Translations under genes and position numbers: made by a program
The notes under the pieces: model-generated
The model's database searches: none
Told to the model about the DNA's origin: nothing
The model's input: the letters and a program-made list of their open reading frames with translations, nothing else
Source: Candidatus Eiseniibacteriota bacterium
GTDB taxonomy: Bacteria; Eisenbacteria; RBG-16-71-46; CAVPCR01
Reading direction: 5' to 3'
NCBI GenBank assembly: GCA_963702435.1
Contig: CAVPCR010000004.1
Span: 224,001-288,000 of the forward strand
DNA: 64,000 nt
Shown: one piece after another, positions 42,788 to 52,202 of the stretch
Layout of the letters: each line of letters begins with the position of its first letter
How positions within the stretch are numbered: position 1 is the stretch's first letter

Positions 42788-45700
42788 TTACGGACTCCCG
42801 ACCAGCGCGGGTCCGCTACCAGCACTCCTCCGGCATGCGCCCTCTAGAAGCTCAAGCACTGACGGCAGAAGGCCTTCCTGACGACACCTGTCCAGTGCCT
42901 TCTGCGTCTCTCCCAGGGGAACGACCCCCGATTCCCTCTCAGGATCGTTCGCCTCACCAAAGTCTAGCCAGTCAACCGGGGAGCGAATGAACTTGTGATC
43001 ACTCGCCGAAACAGAGGTATCCCGGCTTAGACAGCAGTATCCATAGAATGCCCCCGCTACATCACGCAGGTCCGACTCCAGCAGGGGACTTCGATAAGAA
43101 AAACCCAGCTGAGTTACCAACCTATCCCTCAGTGCACGGCCGGGGTCAAAAACAACAAGCATTCGAGCTCCGCAGACTTCTGCCCACAGCCCAAGTAGCG
43201 CAATCATGATCCTCAAAGTATGTCCACGAGCACTCTTACTATTGGGACATCGCTCAACCCAGTCCATCGCGACATAATCACCCTGGGCGTTGCCCTCACC
43301 GATACTTAGAGCGACGAGTTCGTCGTCCTGGTAGATTGCCGCTTCAAATCTGTCACTCATATTCCTATAAAATGCATTCCGTGTGAAATCATCCCAGTCC
43401 AGCCCCGGATCCGAGCGTAGCGGTTCACCGTCCGGAGCGCACCACTGGGCTCTAAACATCTCAAGCGCCCTATCGTCAATTAAAGTAACACGGAGGGTGG
43501 GGAGCGCATTCTCGCTCGTATACATATCCAGAGCGCGTTGACTCACTTCCAGCCATCGCGCCCTCTTGGTCGCCCAGTTACCGCGCCCATCACGCGCCTC
43601 TCGGGACGCGAGGGATACCACTCCCTCGTTGCTTGGTGACATAGGCAACGACTCCTCAAGCACTGGGCTTGGACGATAAGAGATAGGCACAGCTCGGAAG
43701 ATCAGGGCGCCGGGCATGATGGGCGTCCACGCCAGCATGCTGTGGTCATACAGCCGAGTGAGGATCGTTCCAGGCGGCACCATCCCGCCAATCCGCTGGT
43801 GCTCACATACAACACGGTAAAACGCCTCGTTCCCGAAGAAGTCTGAAGAACCCTTGGGCTCCCCGGGTCCACTTCCACGCGCCATTGCCGACGCGTACCT
43901 AGCGCAGAAGCTCGCCTTCGGATCATCGAGAGGCTTCGCATCAAATCGGTATGCAATGTCATCAAAGGCCCTTATCGCGACCCTCCGGTCATTGGCGCCC
44001 TTCGACGACACGCATTTGCACCACGCACGAATAAACTCGGTCTGGAGAGCGGCCCACGTGTCACCCGAATTCGCAATTGCCATATGGGCATCCTTCGCAA
44101 GGAGTCCCTCCGCCTTCTGCACCTGGCCAGCGCACATAAGGGCGAATGCCCAGCCAATGTAGTTATAGAGGACTTCCTGTGAGGCGGACACTTCAAGAGT
44201 ATCAGGGCATTGGCGCGATAGAGTTGTTAGTGTCGCGGCGATCCGAGCGTGATGCTGCGCAGCTGCGACGGGCCCTTCGAGATAATGGACCAAACGACCC
44301 CTGTTGATAGCAATTCGCTGACGGTCGAGGGCGATCTCTATACTCGGAGTCTTTCTTGCTATCGCAGCAACCTCGGCCTCCACTCCGTCGAATAGCTCCA
44401 GGGTGCGCTTGAGGGATGAGTCCCATGTTGACGTGGTGCGCGTGGCAGAGGAAGGAGCCACTTTCAGCATCACAACCGCAAGATTCGCTCGAAGATTCCA
44501 CTCATATCGAAAGGCCTGGCCTAAGGAAAGCGTCGCAGTCAAAACGGCGCGAGCGGACGCTGGCCGTGCCTCCTCATACTCCCGTACTGCAAAGAGTGAG
44601 GCAAAGAACGCGGCGGCATCAGACTTTGCAGGATCCACAATCGCATTGGACTGCGCCATTGCAGCAAATGTGTGCAGGACAATGTCAAAGGCGGGCGTCC
44701 AGGCATCGAGAGCCTGGTAGGATAGCTCGGCGAAGTTAGCTAGTGCTTCAAGCGAGACTACTCGTGCATGTTTTCCAGGGCTTGTACGCGAATTGACAGG
44801 AGGACCGTACCAAGCCCCAGCAGCGTTGCTCCGGGCGACGGAATCCACAAAGGGTTTAAGAAAGGTCGACTGGGCCACGACATCGCCGTAGGCCCAGGCA
44901 AGCGACGGCGCGGCTTGAGAGCGAGCTGCACCGGCGATTTCGTCGATATTGGAAAGGGCCTCCGCCGGCGTGACGACCGCTGCGCGAAGCTGGTGCTGTA
45001 TGAGGACGAGCTTCGCCACCCGCTCAAGGCCGTCCTGCTTCTTACCCAGCCATTCCGCAAGCTCCCCGTGTATCGTATCGCGCGCCAGCGTCCGGAATAG
45101 CTCTGTCAAAGAGTACAGCTCCAGGACTGTGCGATGGTTGAGCCGCGGAAGCGGAGAGCCTTCCGGGTGATAGAGGAAGAAAGCAAAAGCAGGATCCACT
45201 TGGAAGTTCCTGAAGTGTTTTGACTGTAACCATTTACTAGCATACGAGCTCCAATCTGCTGGAAGGGTGCTGAAATATGGGTCCACAACAGCAAAGGCCA
45301 CAAAGAGGCAGAGCAACGAACGGTGAAGCTCGGAGGTCTCGTCCATGGATTCCAGAACTGCACGATAGAGCATGAGCATGGTGTGGCGACGCAAGTCATG
45401 ACACGATCGAGCATCGGTATTCCTGTCAAGGTGTCTCTTCGCCCAAGCATCGATATCTTTGACGGGCCCTTGATGCGAGCGCTGGATGTCGGATGGAACG
45501 AGTGTCTTGTCCAGCGCGGCCAAGGCATCGTCGAGACTCTGGGCCCTGTGCGATCGTCGGAGGAACTCTGTGAGAAGGCTGAGGATCAGGGCGTTTGCGA
45601 TGAGGGGCATGGCGGTCTCATGCTCAAGAAACGCCCTTAAGTATGCGAAAGACTTGTTCTGATATGGTGCGGAATGCACCAGTATGTCACGCAACGCATC

Positions 45701-46267
45701 GTCTATGTCAGTCCTTGAGATGGAAAGTCCGTCCTTATCAAAACGTTCACTTGTAACTTCTACCCTGAGAGCATTGCCAGGTTCAACCTGGCTGGTCAGG
45801 ATGAAGTGAAGTATGTACTTTTTACGGTGTTGAGGCTGGGGCAAAGTTGATAGAATCTTGTTCCATGTAGCGAGTGCTTGACGATCAGTGAGAATGCGCT
45901 CCGCGTCGTGCAGGACTATAGCAACCTGTCCAGTGCCATGGGAACAGTCGAGACTATCCTGAAGGGCAGAGAGGGTCGCCACGTTATAGGGCTCCAGTTG
46001 GCTCTGGAGAGCATCAAGGAACCCATGCGAAGTGAGGCCGGAGTGAAGTATCGCGATGACCTTCCGCTTTCCAGTGAAACCGGCGTTTTTCCATTTGGAA
46101 ACCGCTTTGTCAACGGCAACTGTCTTGCCAGCACCGGAGGGTCCGTGTATGCAGAGAACCTGGGGTTCATCGAGATTGCGCTGGAAGAACGCATCGCATC
46201 TCTTCATAATGGCCGTTTGGCGGTCTATCGAGAGATCTTGATGGAGTCTAGTGAATGTTAGCGTCAT
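42788..46267 (-). CDS. Large P-loop NTPase with helical/TPR-like middle and GNAT-like C-terminal domain
   Basis: 1159 aa; IHGPSGAGKT Walker A, AIVLHDAE Walker B, FILTS; C-terminal RFEAAIY..LVALSIG..AMDWVERCP..G..A..G..LGF. Confidence 0.7.
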   Translation of the reverse strand: MTLTFTRLHQDLSIDRQTAIMKRCDAFFQRNLDEPQVLCIHGPSGAGKTVAVDKAVSKWKNAGFTGKRKVIAILHSGLTSHGFLDALQSQLEPYNVATLSALQDSLDCSHGTGQVAIVLHDAERILTDRQALATWNKILSTLPQPQHRKKYILHFILTSQVEPGNALRVEVTSERFDKDGLSISRTDIDDALRDILVHSAPYQNKSFAYLRAFLEHETAMPLIANALILSLLTEFLRRSHRAQSLDDALAALDKTLVPSDIQRSHQGPVKDIDAWAKRHLDRNTDARSCHDLRRHTMLMLYRAVLESMDETSELHRSLLCLFVAFAVVDPYFSTLPADWSSYASKWLQSKHFRNFQVDPAFAFFLYHPEGSPLPRLNHRTVLELYSLTELFRTLARDTIHGELAEWLGKKQDGLERVAKLVLIQHQLRAAVVTPAEALSNIDEIAGAARSQAAPSLAWAYGDVVAQSTFLKPFVDSVARSNAAGAWYGPPVNSRTSPGKHARVVSLEALANFAELSYQALDAWTPAFDIVLHTFAAMAQSNAIVDPAKSDAAAFFASLFAVREYEEARPASARAVLTATLSLGQAFRYEWNLRANLAVVMLKVAPSSATRTTSTWDSSLKRTLELFDGVEAEVAAIARKTPSIEIALDRQRIAINRGRLVHYLEGPVAAAQHHARIAATLTTLSRQCPDTLEVSASQEVLYNYIGWAFALMCAGQVQKAEGLLAKDAHMAIANSGDTWAALQTEFIRAWCKCVSSKGANDRRVAIRAFDDIAYRFDAKPLDDPKASFCARYASAMARGSGPGEPKGSSDFFGNEAFYRVVCEHQRIGGMVPPGTILTRLYDHSMLAWTPIMPGALIFRAVPISYRPSPVLEESLPMSPSNEGVVSLASREARDGRGNWATKRARWLEVSQRALDMYTSENALPTLRVTLIDDRALEMFRAQWCAPDGEPLRSDPGLDWDDFTRNAFYRNMSDRFEAAIYQDDELVALSIGEGNAQGDYVAMDWVERCPNSKSARGHTLRIMIALLGLWAEVCGARMLVVFDPGRALRDRLVTQLGFSYRSPLLESDLRDVAGAFYGYCCLSRDTSVSASDHKFIRSPVDWLDFGEANDPERESGVVPLGETQKALDRCRQEGLLPSVLELLEGACRRSAGSGPALVGSP

Positions 46268-46271
46268 GGCA

Positions 46272-46598
46272 TCACTTCAGAAAGTTCCGCGCCTTTAGGA
46301 GGATGTTGGGGACATTCTTGCCATCTTTATCTCTAGAGGCGGCCCACTCCGAGAGACCGCATACGAGCGAGGTTATTGCGCAAGTCTTGCAAAGCGACGA
46401 GAAGATGCCGGCGGTCAGGTCTACTATGCCGAGTTGGTTGATGAGAACAAGGAAGGTGGAGGCGGAAGTGTACTGACTGGGATTGAGTGTCCAGAAGGCG
46501 TGGAGGGTAGTGTGGAGCGCTGCTGAGATTGCAAAGATGATGATCGCGAGGACTAGCGTGGGGAGGGACGACGTTTCTTGGTCTGTTTGATGAGCCAT
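46272..46598 (-). CDS. Small multi-TM membrane protein
   Basis: GAGGTG RBS, 2-3 hydrophobic helices, 4 nt upstream of the NTPase. Confidence 0.65.
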   Translation of the reverse strand: MAHQTDQETSSLPTLVLAIIIFAISAALHTTLHAFWTLNPSQYTSASTFLVLINQLGIVDLTAGIFSSLCKTCAITSLVCGLSEWAASRDKDGKNVPNILLKARNFLK

Positions 46599-46663
46599 TG
46601 GTAGCACCTCAATTCGACGGCTGGTGGTAGAGAGCTGTAGTAGTGGCATGCGCTCGTAGGTGG

Positions 46664-47359
46664 CTATCCACTGAGTGCGAGTGGTCCGAGCTGCTCTACG
46701 TCCGATCCAAAAAGCTCTATTGCGCGGTCAAGGACCCACTGCGGTGTCACTGGGGCGAGGGGGCGAACGCCGATGAGCATTGGCGTCCCTTCGGGATAGA
46801 AGGGGACGGTCTGGATGTAACGCACTCCGCGTAGTACTGCGACTCCTAAGCGTCGATAGAAGGTGAGCCGGCGCTCGGCGATGTGCTTTTCGTCAGGATC
46901 GGTCGCGTACTTTGATGGATCGTCAACTTCGAGTAGGATGGCCGAGATAGGATGTTGCTCGCGGGCAAGGCGGCGGGTGATTTCGGCGAAGAGCGCTGTG
47001 CCGATTCCAGCCCCACGCATCGTTGGATTTGCGACGGCCATATAGACAAGATAAGCGAGGTGTCGTTCGTCGAATAGATCATAGCATGCCATGGCAATCA
47101 TGTCGGAGTCACGTTCGGCGATAAGCAGGTGTCGATTGACGGGGGCACCGCGTTTGCGTGCGAGGAGCGCTTGCAAGATGTGGGAAACGGGCTCCCTTTC
47201 GTTTGCTGGGAATGAAGTCTCATAGGCGTCAAGGAGCGCCGGAAGGAGAGGATCCTCAATGTCCGAGATTTCCCTGAAGTTGATGGTACGAGTGTCCTCC
47301 ACTCTGTCCTCCGCCTGTAAAGGACCCGGTTCCTTGGACACAACGATGAAGGTATTCAC
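46664..47359 (-). CDS. GNAT-family N-acetyltransferase
   Basis: YETSFP..ERE, YLVYMAV..MRGAGIGTAL, LLEVD, RRLTFYRRLG. Confidence 0.85.
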   Translation of the reverse strand: MNTFIVVSKEPGPLQAEDRVEDTRTINFREISDIEDPLLPALLDAYETSFPANEREPVSHILQALLARKRGAPVNRHLLIAERDSDMIAMACYDLFDERHLAYLVYMAVANPTMRGAGIGTALFAEITRRLAREQHPISAILLEVDDPSKYATDPDEKHIAERRLTFYRRLGVAVLRGVRYIQTVPFYPEGTPMLIGVRPLAPVTPQWVLDRAIELFGSDVEQLGPLALSG

Positions 47360-47481
47360 GCCGCCACCTCCGCCTGAGGCGCGGTGAACGAGGCGCGGAC
47401 TGTAGCCGGCGTGCGGTAGCCGTGGCGACCGACGCGCGGGGTGGAATCGATGGTGTCAAAGCGATCGACGTCAATCTGCTT

Positions 47482-47509
47482 ATAGTAACGAAGTGTTCGG
47501 TCAGGTCAA
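47482..47509 (-). promoter_or_regulatory. Putative sigma70 promoter for the GNAT operon
   Basis: Minus strand TTGACC-16 bp-TACTAT. Confidence 0.4.
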
Positions 47510-47958
47510 GAGGGGAGGAGTGTGGATCGGGGCGGCGGCGCGTTCTCAAGGCTGCCGGTTTGGCGAGGTATCCCCTTCTCGAAAGGGCGGCCCGTGGGGC
47601 CTGAACGGCCCCCTGCCGCCGCTTCCCGCCTCATCCCACCCATCGGTGGACGCTGCGAATCCCCATCTGTGACCTCAGACCCGGACGACTCCAGGATTGC
47701 GGCTCGCAGAGCGGACGGATCGTGTCGCTAGCGAGCGGGCCCCGGGGACCGGGGCTGCCCGGGAGGTCAGGTGGAGGGGGCGCCGCCAGCAGGGCAGGTT
47801 AGGCGATGGCGCAGCGGCGGAGGTAGGGAAGGACTGGCGCCCGCTTGGCAGGTGCGGCGGCAACGAGGGGTATCCGCTCGGCCACCGGTCTCCGGCCACC
47901 TCGCCGTCCTGCCGACGCACCGGTAGACCCGGACGACTCCTCGATTGCGACCCACACA

Positions 47959-47987
47959 CCTGTTGATTCCTGTCGCAAACGAGGAGG
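47959..47987. repeat. Right attachment site of the integrated element
   Basis: CCTGTTGATTCCTGTCGCAAACGAGGAGG, identical to 14002-14031 except for one missing C. Confidence 0.85.
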
Positions 47988-48087
47988 TGGCTGGCGGCGC
48001 GTACGTCGTGCGGCTCGTCGCCGGTGGCGAGGTGTGCACGCTGAAGCCCCGGTGCCTTCATGGCCCGATAGAGGGAGCGAACCAGGC

Positions 48088-49365
48088 TCAGCTCTCCGCC
48101 GCCGGGACGAGGAGCCCCTTCCGGACGAGGTGCTGCTCGTAGATCGCATTGATGCGCGCGACCATGTGCTCGACCGGGAACTCGCGCTCGACGAAGGCGC
48201 GCCCGTGCGCCGCCAGCCGCCGCCCGCGCTCCGGATCGGCAAGCAGCTCGAGCACGCGCGCCGCGATCCCGTCCGTATCCAGCGGCTTGAGGAGGAAGCC
48301 GCTCTTCCCGTCCTCGACCACCTCGGGCGCGCCGTCGAGGGCGAAGGTGACGACCGGCCGGCCGACGGCGAGCGCCTGCGGCAGGACGCGCGCGATCCCC
48401 TCGCGGAGCGAGGTATGAACGACGACGTCCATGGCGGCGATCGCCGCCGGCACCTCGGCCGGCGGGATGAGACCAGCGAAGTGAACGACCGGCGCCAGCC
48501 CGCGCGCCGCGACCTCCGCCTCGAGCTCGGCGCGCAGGATCCCGTTCCCGACCAGGAGGAAGTGCACGTCGGGGCGGGCGGCGTGGATCTTCGCGGCGGC
48601 CTCGAGAAACTGCGCGTGCCCCTTGAGCGGAAAGAGCCGCCCCACCTTGCCGACGACCGGCGCGTCCGCGGGCAGGCCGAAGCGCCGGCGCACCGCGGCG
48701 CGGTCGAGCCGCTCGTCGGCAGTGAGGAACGGCTCGAGCTCCATGCCGCTGAAGATGACCTCGAGGCGCGCCGGGTCGCCGATCCCGGCGCCGAGCGCGC
48801 CCTGGGCGGTGGCGCCGCTCACCGCGATCATGTGATCGGTGAAGCCGGCGCAGAAGCGTTTGAGCGCGATGTAGGCGCGGTTCACGTGCGCGTTCTGGTA
48901 ATCGTGGAAGACGAGCCCGTGCAGGGTGTGGATGACGACCGGCGTGCCGGCGAGCCGCGCCGCCAGCCGGCCGATGATGCCCGCCTTGGTGGCGTGCGTG
49001 TGCACGACGTCGAAGCGCCCGCGCCGGATGAAGCGCGTGAGCTCGACGAGCGCGCGCAGATCGGTGAGCGGGCGGATCGCGCGGATGAGGTGCGGCGTGA
49101 GGACGAGATTCACGCCCTGGACGCGCGCCGCGTCGTGGAGGTTCCCCTCCGGGCCGAGATCGATGCCCGAGTAGAGCGTCACCTCGTAGCGCGGATCGCG
49201 CATCTGCCCGACCACGGTGAGGAGCGTGTTCTCCATCGCGCCGCCGACGATGAAGCGCGTGATCACGTGGAGGACGCGGATCGGCCGGCTGCCGGCCGGC
49301 ACGAGGCGCGGGCCGGCGCCGGCGGGTGCACTCGCGTGCGCTATGGGGGGGGCGGTCTGGCTCAT
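48088..49365 (-). CDS. Glycosyltransferase family 4
   Basis: HVITRFIVGGA, VVHTH, VGRLFPLKG, SLREGIARVLPQA. Confidence 0.9.
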   Translation of the reverse strand: MSQTAPPIAHASAPAGAGPRLVPAGSRPIRVLHVITRFIVGGAMENTLLTVVGQMRDPRYEVTLYSGIDLGPEGNLHDAARVQGVNLVLTPHLIRAIRPLTDLRALVELTRFIRRGRFDVVHTHATKAGIIGRLAARLAGTPVVIHTLHGLVFHDYQNAHVNRAYIALKRFCAGFTDHMIAVSGATAQGALGAGIGDPARLEVIFSGMELEPFLTADERLDRAAVRRRFGLPADAPVVGKVGRLFPLKGHAQFLEAAAKIHAARPDVHFLLVGNGILRAELEAEVAARGLAPVVHFAGLIPPAEVPAAIAAMDVVVHTSLREGIARVLPQALAVGRPVVTFALDGAPEVVEDGKSGFLLKPLDTDGIAARVLELLADPERGRRLAAHGRAFVEREFPVEHMVARINAIYEQHLVRKGLLVPAAES

Positions 49366-49705
49366 GGCGGAGTCGGCCTCACGGACGGCGGCGGCGTGTC
49401 CGACTCTAGCCGAGGCGCCCGCGCCGGGCAAACCCGGCGGGTTCTCGTCGCTGCCCCGGCCCGCATCCGGCCAGCCGCCGTTCCGGACCCTTGAGGCGCC
49501 CAATTGAACCGCTCGCGCCGGGCCGGTTGACCCGCCCGCTCCGCCCCCTGTTACTTGAGGCAAGTCCCTATCGATGAGGCACATGGGGAGCCCGCCCGTC
49601 CCGAGCCCCGCCGGCGGCATTCCCCGGTCCCGGTTCCTTTGCCAGCGCCAAGCCAGCCGCCGCGTGCCCGCGGCGCGCCGCCCCCTCTGGGCCACGGAGG
49701 AAGAC

Positions 49706-50908
49706 GTGTCAGCACCCGTGCACCCCGGTCCCGCGAAGCCGATCACGTTCCGCCCGCCGAGCGCCGCCTTCGCCCCGAACGGCGGCCGCCCGGCGCCGCT
49801 CCCGATCCGCCCCGCGCCCGCGGCCGACGACGACGCGCAACGGCACGATCAGCCGTCCTACCTCCGGCCCGCCCCGGTCCCGCTCGCCAACGCGCGGCGC
49901 AAGTGGGGGCTCTTCCTCTCCTATCTCAAGCAGCGGCCGCTCTGGCTCACCTGGCAGGTGACCAATCGCTGCAACTTCGAGTGCTCGTTCTGCAACTACT
50001 GGAACGAGCCGTTCGACCTCGAGGCGCAGCTCACCCCGGCCGACTTCGAGACGGCGGCGGCCAAGCTCTCGCGGATCGGCACCATGATGGTGTCGCTCGC
50101 GGGCGGGGAGCCGACGCTCCGCCGCGACCTCCCCGACATCATTGCCGCGGTCGGTCGCTACCACTTCCCGTTCCTCACCTCGAACGGCTGGGCGATCACC
50201 GAGAAGGTCGCGCGCTCCTTGTGGGATGCGGGCCTGTGGGGCGTGTCGATCTCGATCGACTACGCGACCCCGCATCGCCACGACCAGGAGCGCGGGCGCG
50301 CGGGCGCGTTCGAGCACGCGGTCGAAGCGGTGGCCGTGCTCTCGCGCACGCGCACGAAGCCGTGGCAGCGCGTCAACATCAACGCCGTGCTGATGAAGGA
50401 CAACATCGACGAGATGGAGCGGCTGATCGGGATCGCGCGCCGGCACGGGGCGCTGTTCATGGTGCAGCCGTACGGATTCCTGAAGACGGGCGACCGCGAT
50501 CCGCTGCCCGCGCAGAGCATCTCCGAGCATCTGCTCGATCTCTCGCGCCGCCATCCGAACTTCAACTCGAACCCCGAGTTCCTGCGCCGGTTCGACCATC
50601 ACATCAGCGAGGGGGTCACCGGTTGCCGGGCCGGGCGGAGCTTCTTCAACATCGATCAGTGGGGCAACATCTCGAAGTGCGTCGAGTATCGCGAGGACTC
50701 GCTCGGGAAGGTGCAGGAGATGGGCGCCGGGGAGATCTGGGCCGCCCTCTCCCACGCGCATCGCACCAACGAGTGCACCGCCTGCTGGTACAACTGCCGC
50801 GGCGAGATCGAATCGCTCTACACGCTCAAGGGGCTCCGGACCGGACTGCCGAAGCTCTTCACCATGCCGAGCACGCACTGCCGGGTGGCTTCCGCGTCGC
50901 CGGCCTAG
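49706..50908 (+). CDS. Radical SAM protein with SPASM/twitch-like C-terminus
   Basis: CNFECSFC, GGEP, CRAG..GNISKC..CTACWYNC. Confidence 0.9.
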   Translation: MSAPVHPGPAKPITFRPPSAAFAPNGGRPAPLPIRPAPAADDDAQRHDQPSYLRPAPVPLANARRKWGLFLSYLKQRPLWLTWQVTNRCNFECSFCNYWNEPFDLEAQLTPADFETAAAKLSRIGTMMVSLAGGEPTLRRDLPDIIAAVGRYHFPFLTSNGWAITEKVARSLWDAGLWGVSISIDYATPHRHDQERGRAGAFEHAVEAVAVLSRTRTKPWQRVNINAVLMKDNIDEMERLIGIARRHGALFMVQPYGFLKTGDRDPLPAQSISEHLLDLSRRHPNFNSNPEFLRRFDHHISEGVTGCRAGRSFFNIDQWGNISKCVEYREDSLGKVQEMGAGEIWAALSHAHRTNECTACWYNCRGEIESLYTLKGLRTGLPKLFTMPSTHCRVASASPA

Positions 50909-50984
50909 GATCGTCGTCGCCCGCCTGATCGCCGGCGGAGAGGGGGCTTTACGGGCGAGCCTCGCGCTGCCTAGAGTAGCGGTC

Positions 50985-52181
50985 GTGCAGACCCCCGCCG
51001 TGCCCTTCAAGCCCTCCCTCGCCGGGCGCCTGTGGGCCGCCCGCGGCCGGATCGGGCTCTACGCCGCGCTCGCCGTCGTGCTCACGGCGGCGTATCGCTT
51101 CCGCATCCTGCCCAGGCAGGCCGATGTGCTCCTCGACTACTTCCTCTACATGTCGGCGGCGACCACCTTCACGCCGCTCCCGACCCCGCCCGTCATCATC
51201 CATGCCGCCACCCAGGCGCCGGTCTTCCTGGTCGCCGTGGTCGGTGCGCTCGGGACCACGGTTGCCTATCTCATCGAGTACGCGGTGCTCGGGCGAGTGC
51301 TCGCCCTCGATCGCCTGCGCGGCGTGCGCGAGAACAGCGCCTACCTGAAGCTCGCGGCTCTCTTCGACCGCCTCCCGTTCGTCTCGCTCACGGTCGCGGC
51401 CTTCCTGCCGCTCCCCGTCGACGGGGTGCGCCTCCTCGCCATCGCCCGCCGCTACGATCGCGGGCGCTACGCGCTCGCGGCCTTCATCGGCCGGCTCCCG
51501 CGCTACGCGATGATCGCGGGGCTCGGCTATGGACTGCGTTTCGTCCTGCCCTTCGGCGCCGCGACCGCCGCGGAGACCGCCGATCCCGCGCTCACCTCCA
51601 CGCTCGCCCGGCTCGACAGCGCGCTCGCCCGGCTCGAGGACGCGCACGGCCGCTTCCATCAGGAGCGCTGGTCCCCCGCTTTCGCCGAGCCGGATAGGGC
51701 GAGCGGGGAACTCTGGTTCCGCAGGCCGGGGGATCTCGTGCTTCGCTATCGGGAGCCCGAGACGCAGGAGATGTACGTCGATTCGGCCGGTGTGTGGATC
51801 TATCTCGTCAAGCAGAAGCAGGCGCAGCGGCACCCCTTCGCGAACGAGAGCCAGCGCGACGCGGCGCTCGCGGTCCTCTGGCAGCCGTCCGCGGTGCTCG
51901 CCCGGCGCTACGAGATCTCGCGCAGCACGACGCCGCCGGCGGGCGAGAAGGCGGGGGACTGGCTCCGCCTCCTCCCGCGCGACAAGGACCTGGCGGCCGT
52001 GGTCGCCGCCGCCTATCTGCGCGTCGCCGCGAAGAGCGGTCTCTCCGACTGCATCATCATCGAGCAGCAGGATGGCCAGCGGGCGCGGCTCGTCATGGAC
52101 TCGATCGAGCGGAACCCCCGGCTCCCGCCGGAGCGCTTCCGCTTCACGCCGCCCGCCGGCGTGGACGTCGTCCGCTTCTAG
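50985..52181 (+). CDS. DedA/VTT membrane domain fused to LolA-like lipoprotein carrier domain
   Basis: GALGTTVAYLI, FLPLP, FIGRLPRY (DedA); RFHQE..GELWFRRPG..Y.EP..Q..VWIY..QA, FRFTPPAGVDV (LolA). Confidence 0.75.
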   Translation: MQTPAVPFKPSLAGRLWAARGRIGLYAALAVVLTAAYRFRILPRQADVLLDYFLYMSAATTFTPLPTPPVIIHAATQAPVFLVAVVGALGTTVAYLIEYAVLGRVLALDRLRGVRENSAYLKLAALFDRLPFVSLTVAAFLPLPVDGVRLLAIARRYDRGRYALAAFIGRLPRYAMIAGLGYGLRFVLPFGAATAAETADPALTSTLARLDSALARLEDAHGRFHQERWSPAFAEPDRASGELWFRRPGDLVLRYREPETQEMYVDSAGVWIYLVKQKQAQRHPFANESQRDAALAVLWQPSAVLARRYEISRSTTPPAGEKAGDWLRLLPRDKDLAAVVAAAYLRVAAKSGLSDCIIIEQQDGQRARLVMDSIERNPRLPPERFRFTPPAGVDVVRF

Positions 52182-52202
52182 AGCGAAGCGCGGCGCCTGC
52201 GC

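Larger units (their letters stand above)
14002..47987. mobile_element. ~34 kb serine-recombinase integrative element (phage-satellite-like)
   Basis: Terminal direct repeats, integrase, Xis-like HTH, primase-helicase, terminase pair, defence cargo, lower-GC blocks. Confidence 0.85.

Noticed and set aside
14002..47987. Complete prophage or conjugative ICE
   Set aside because: No recognisable capsid, portal, tail, lysis, relaxase or T4SS genes
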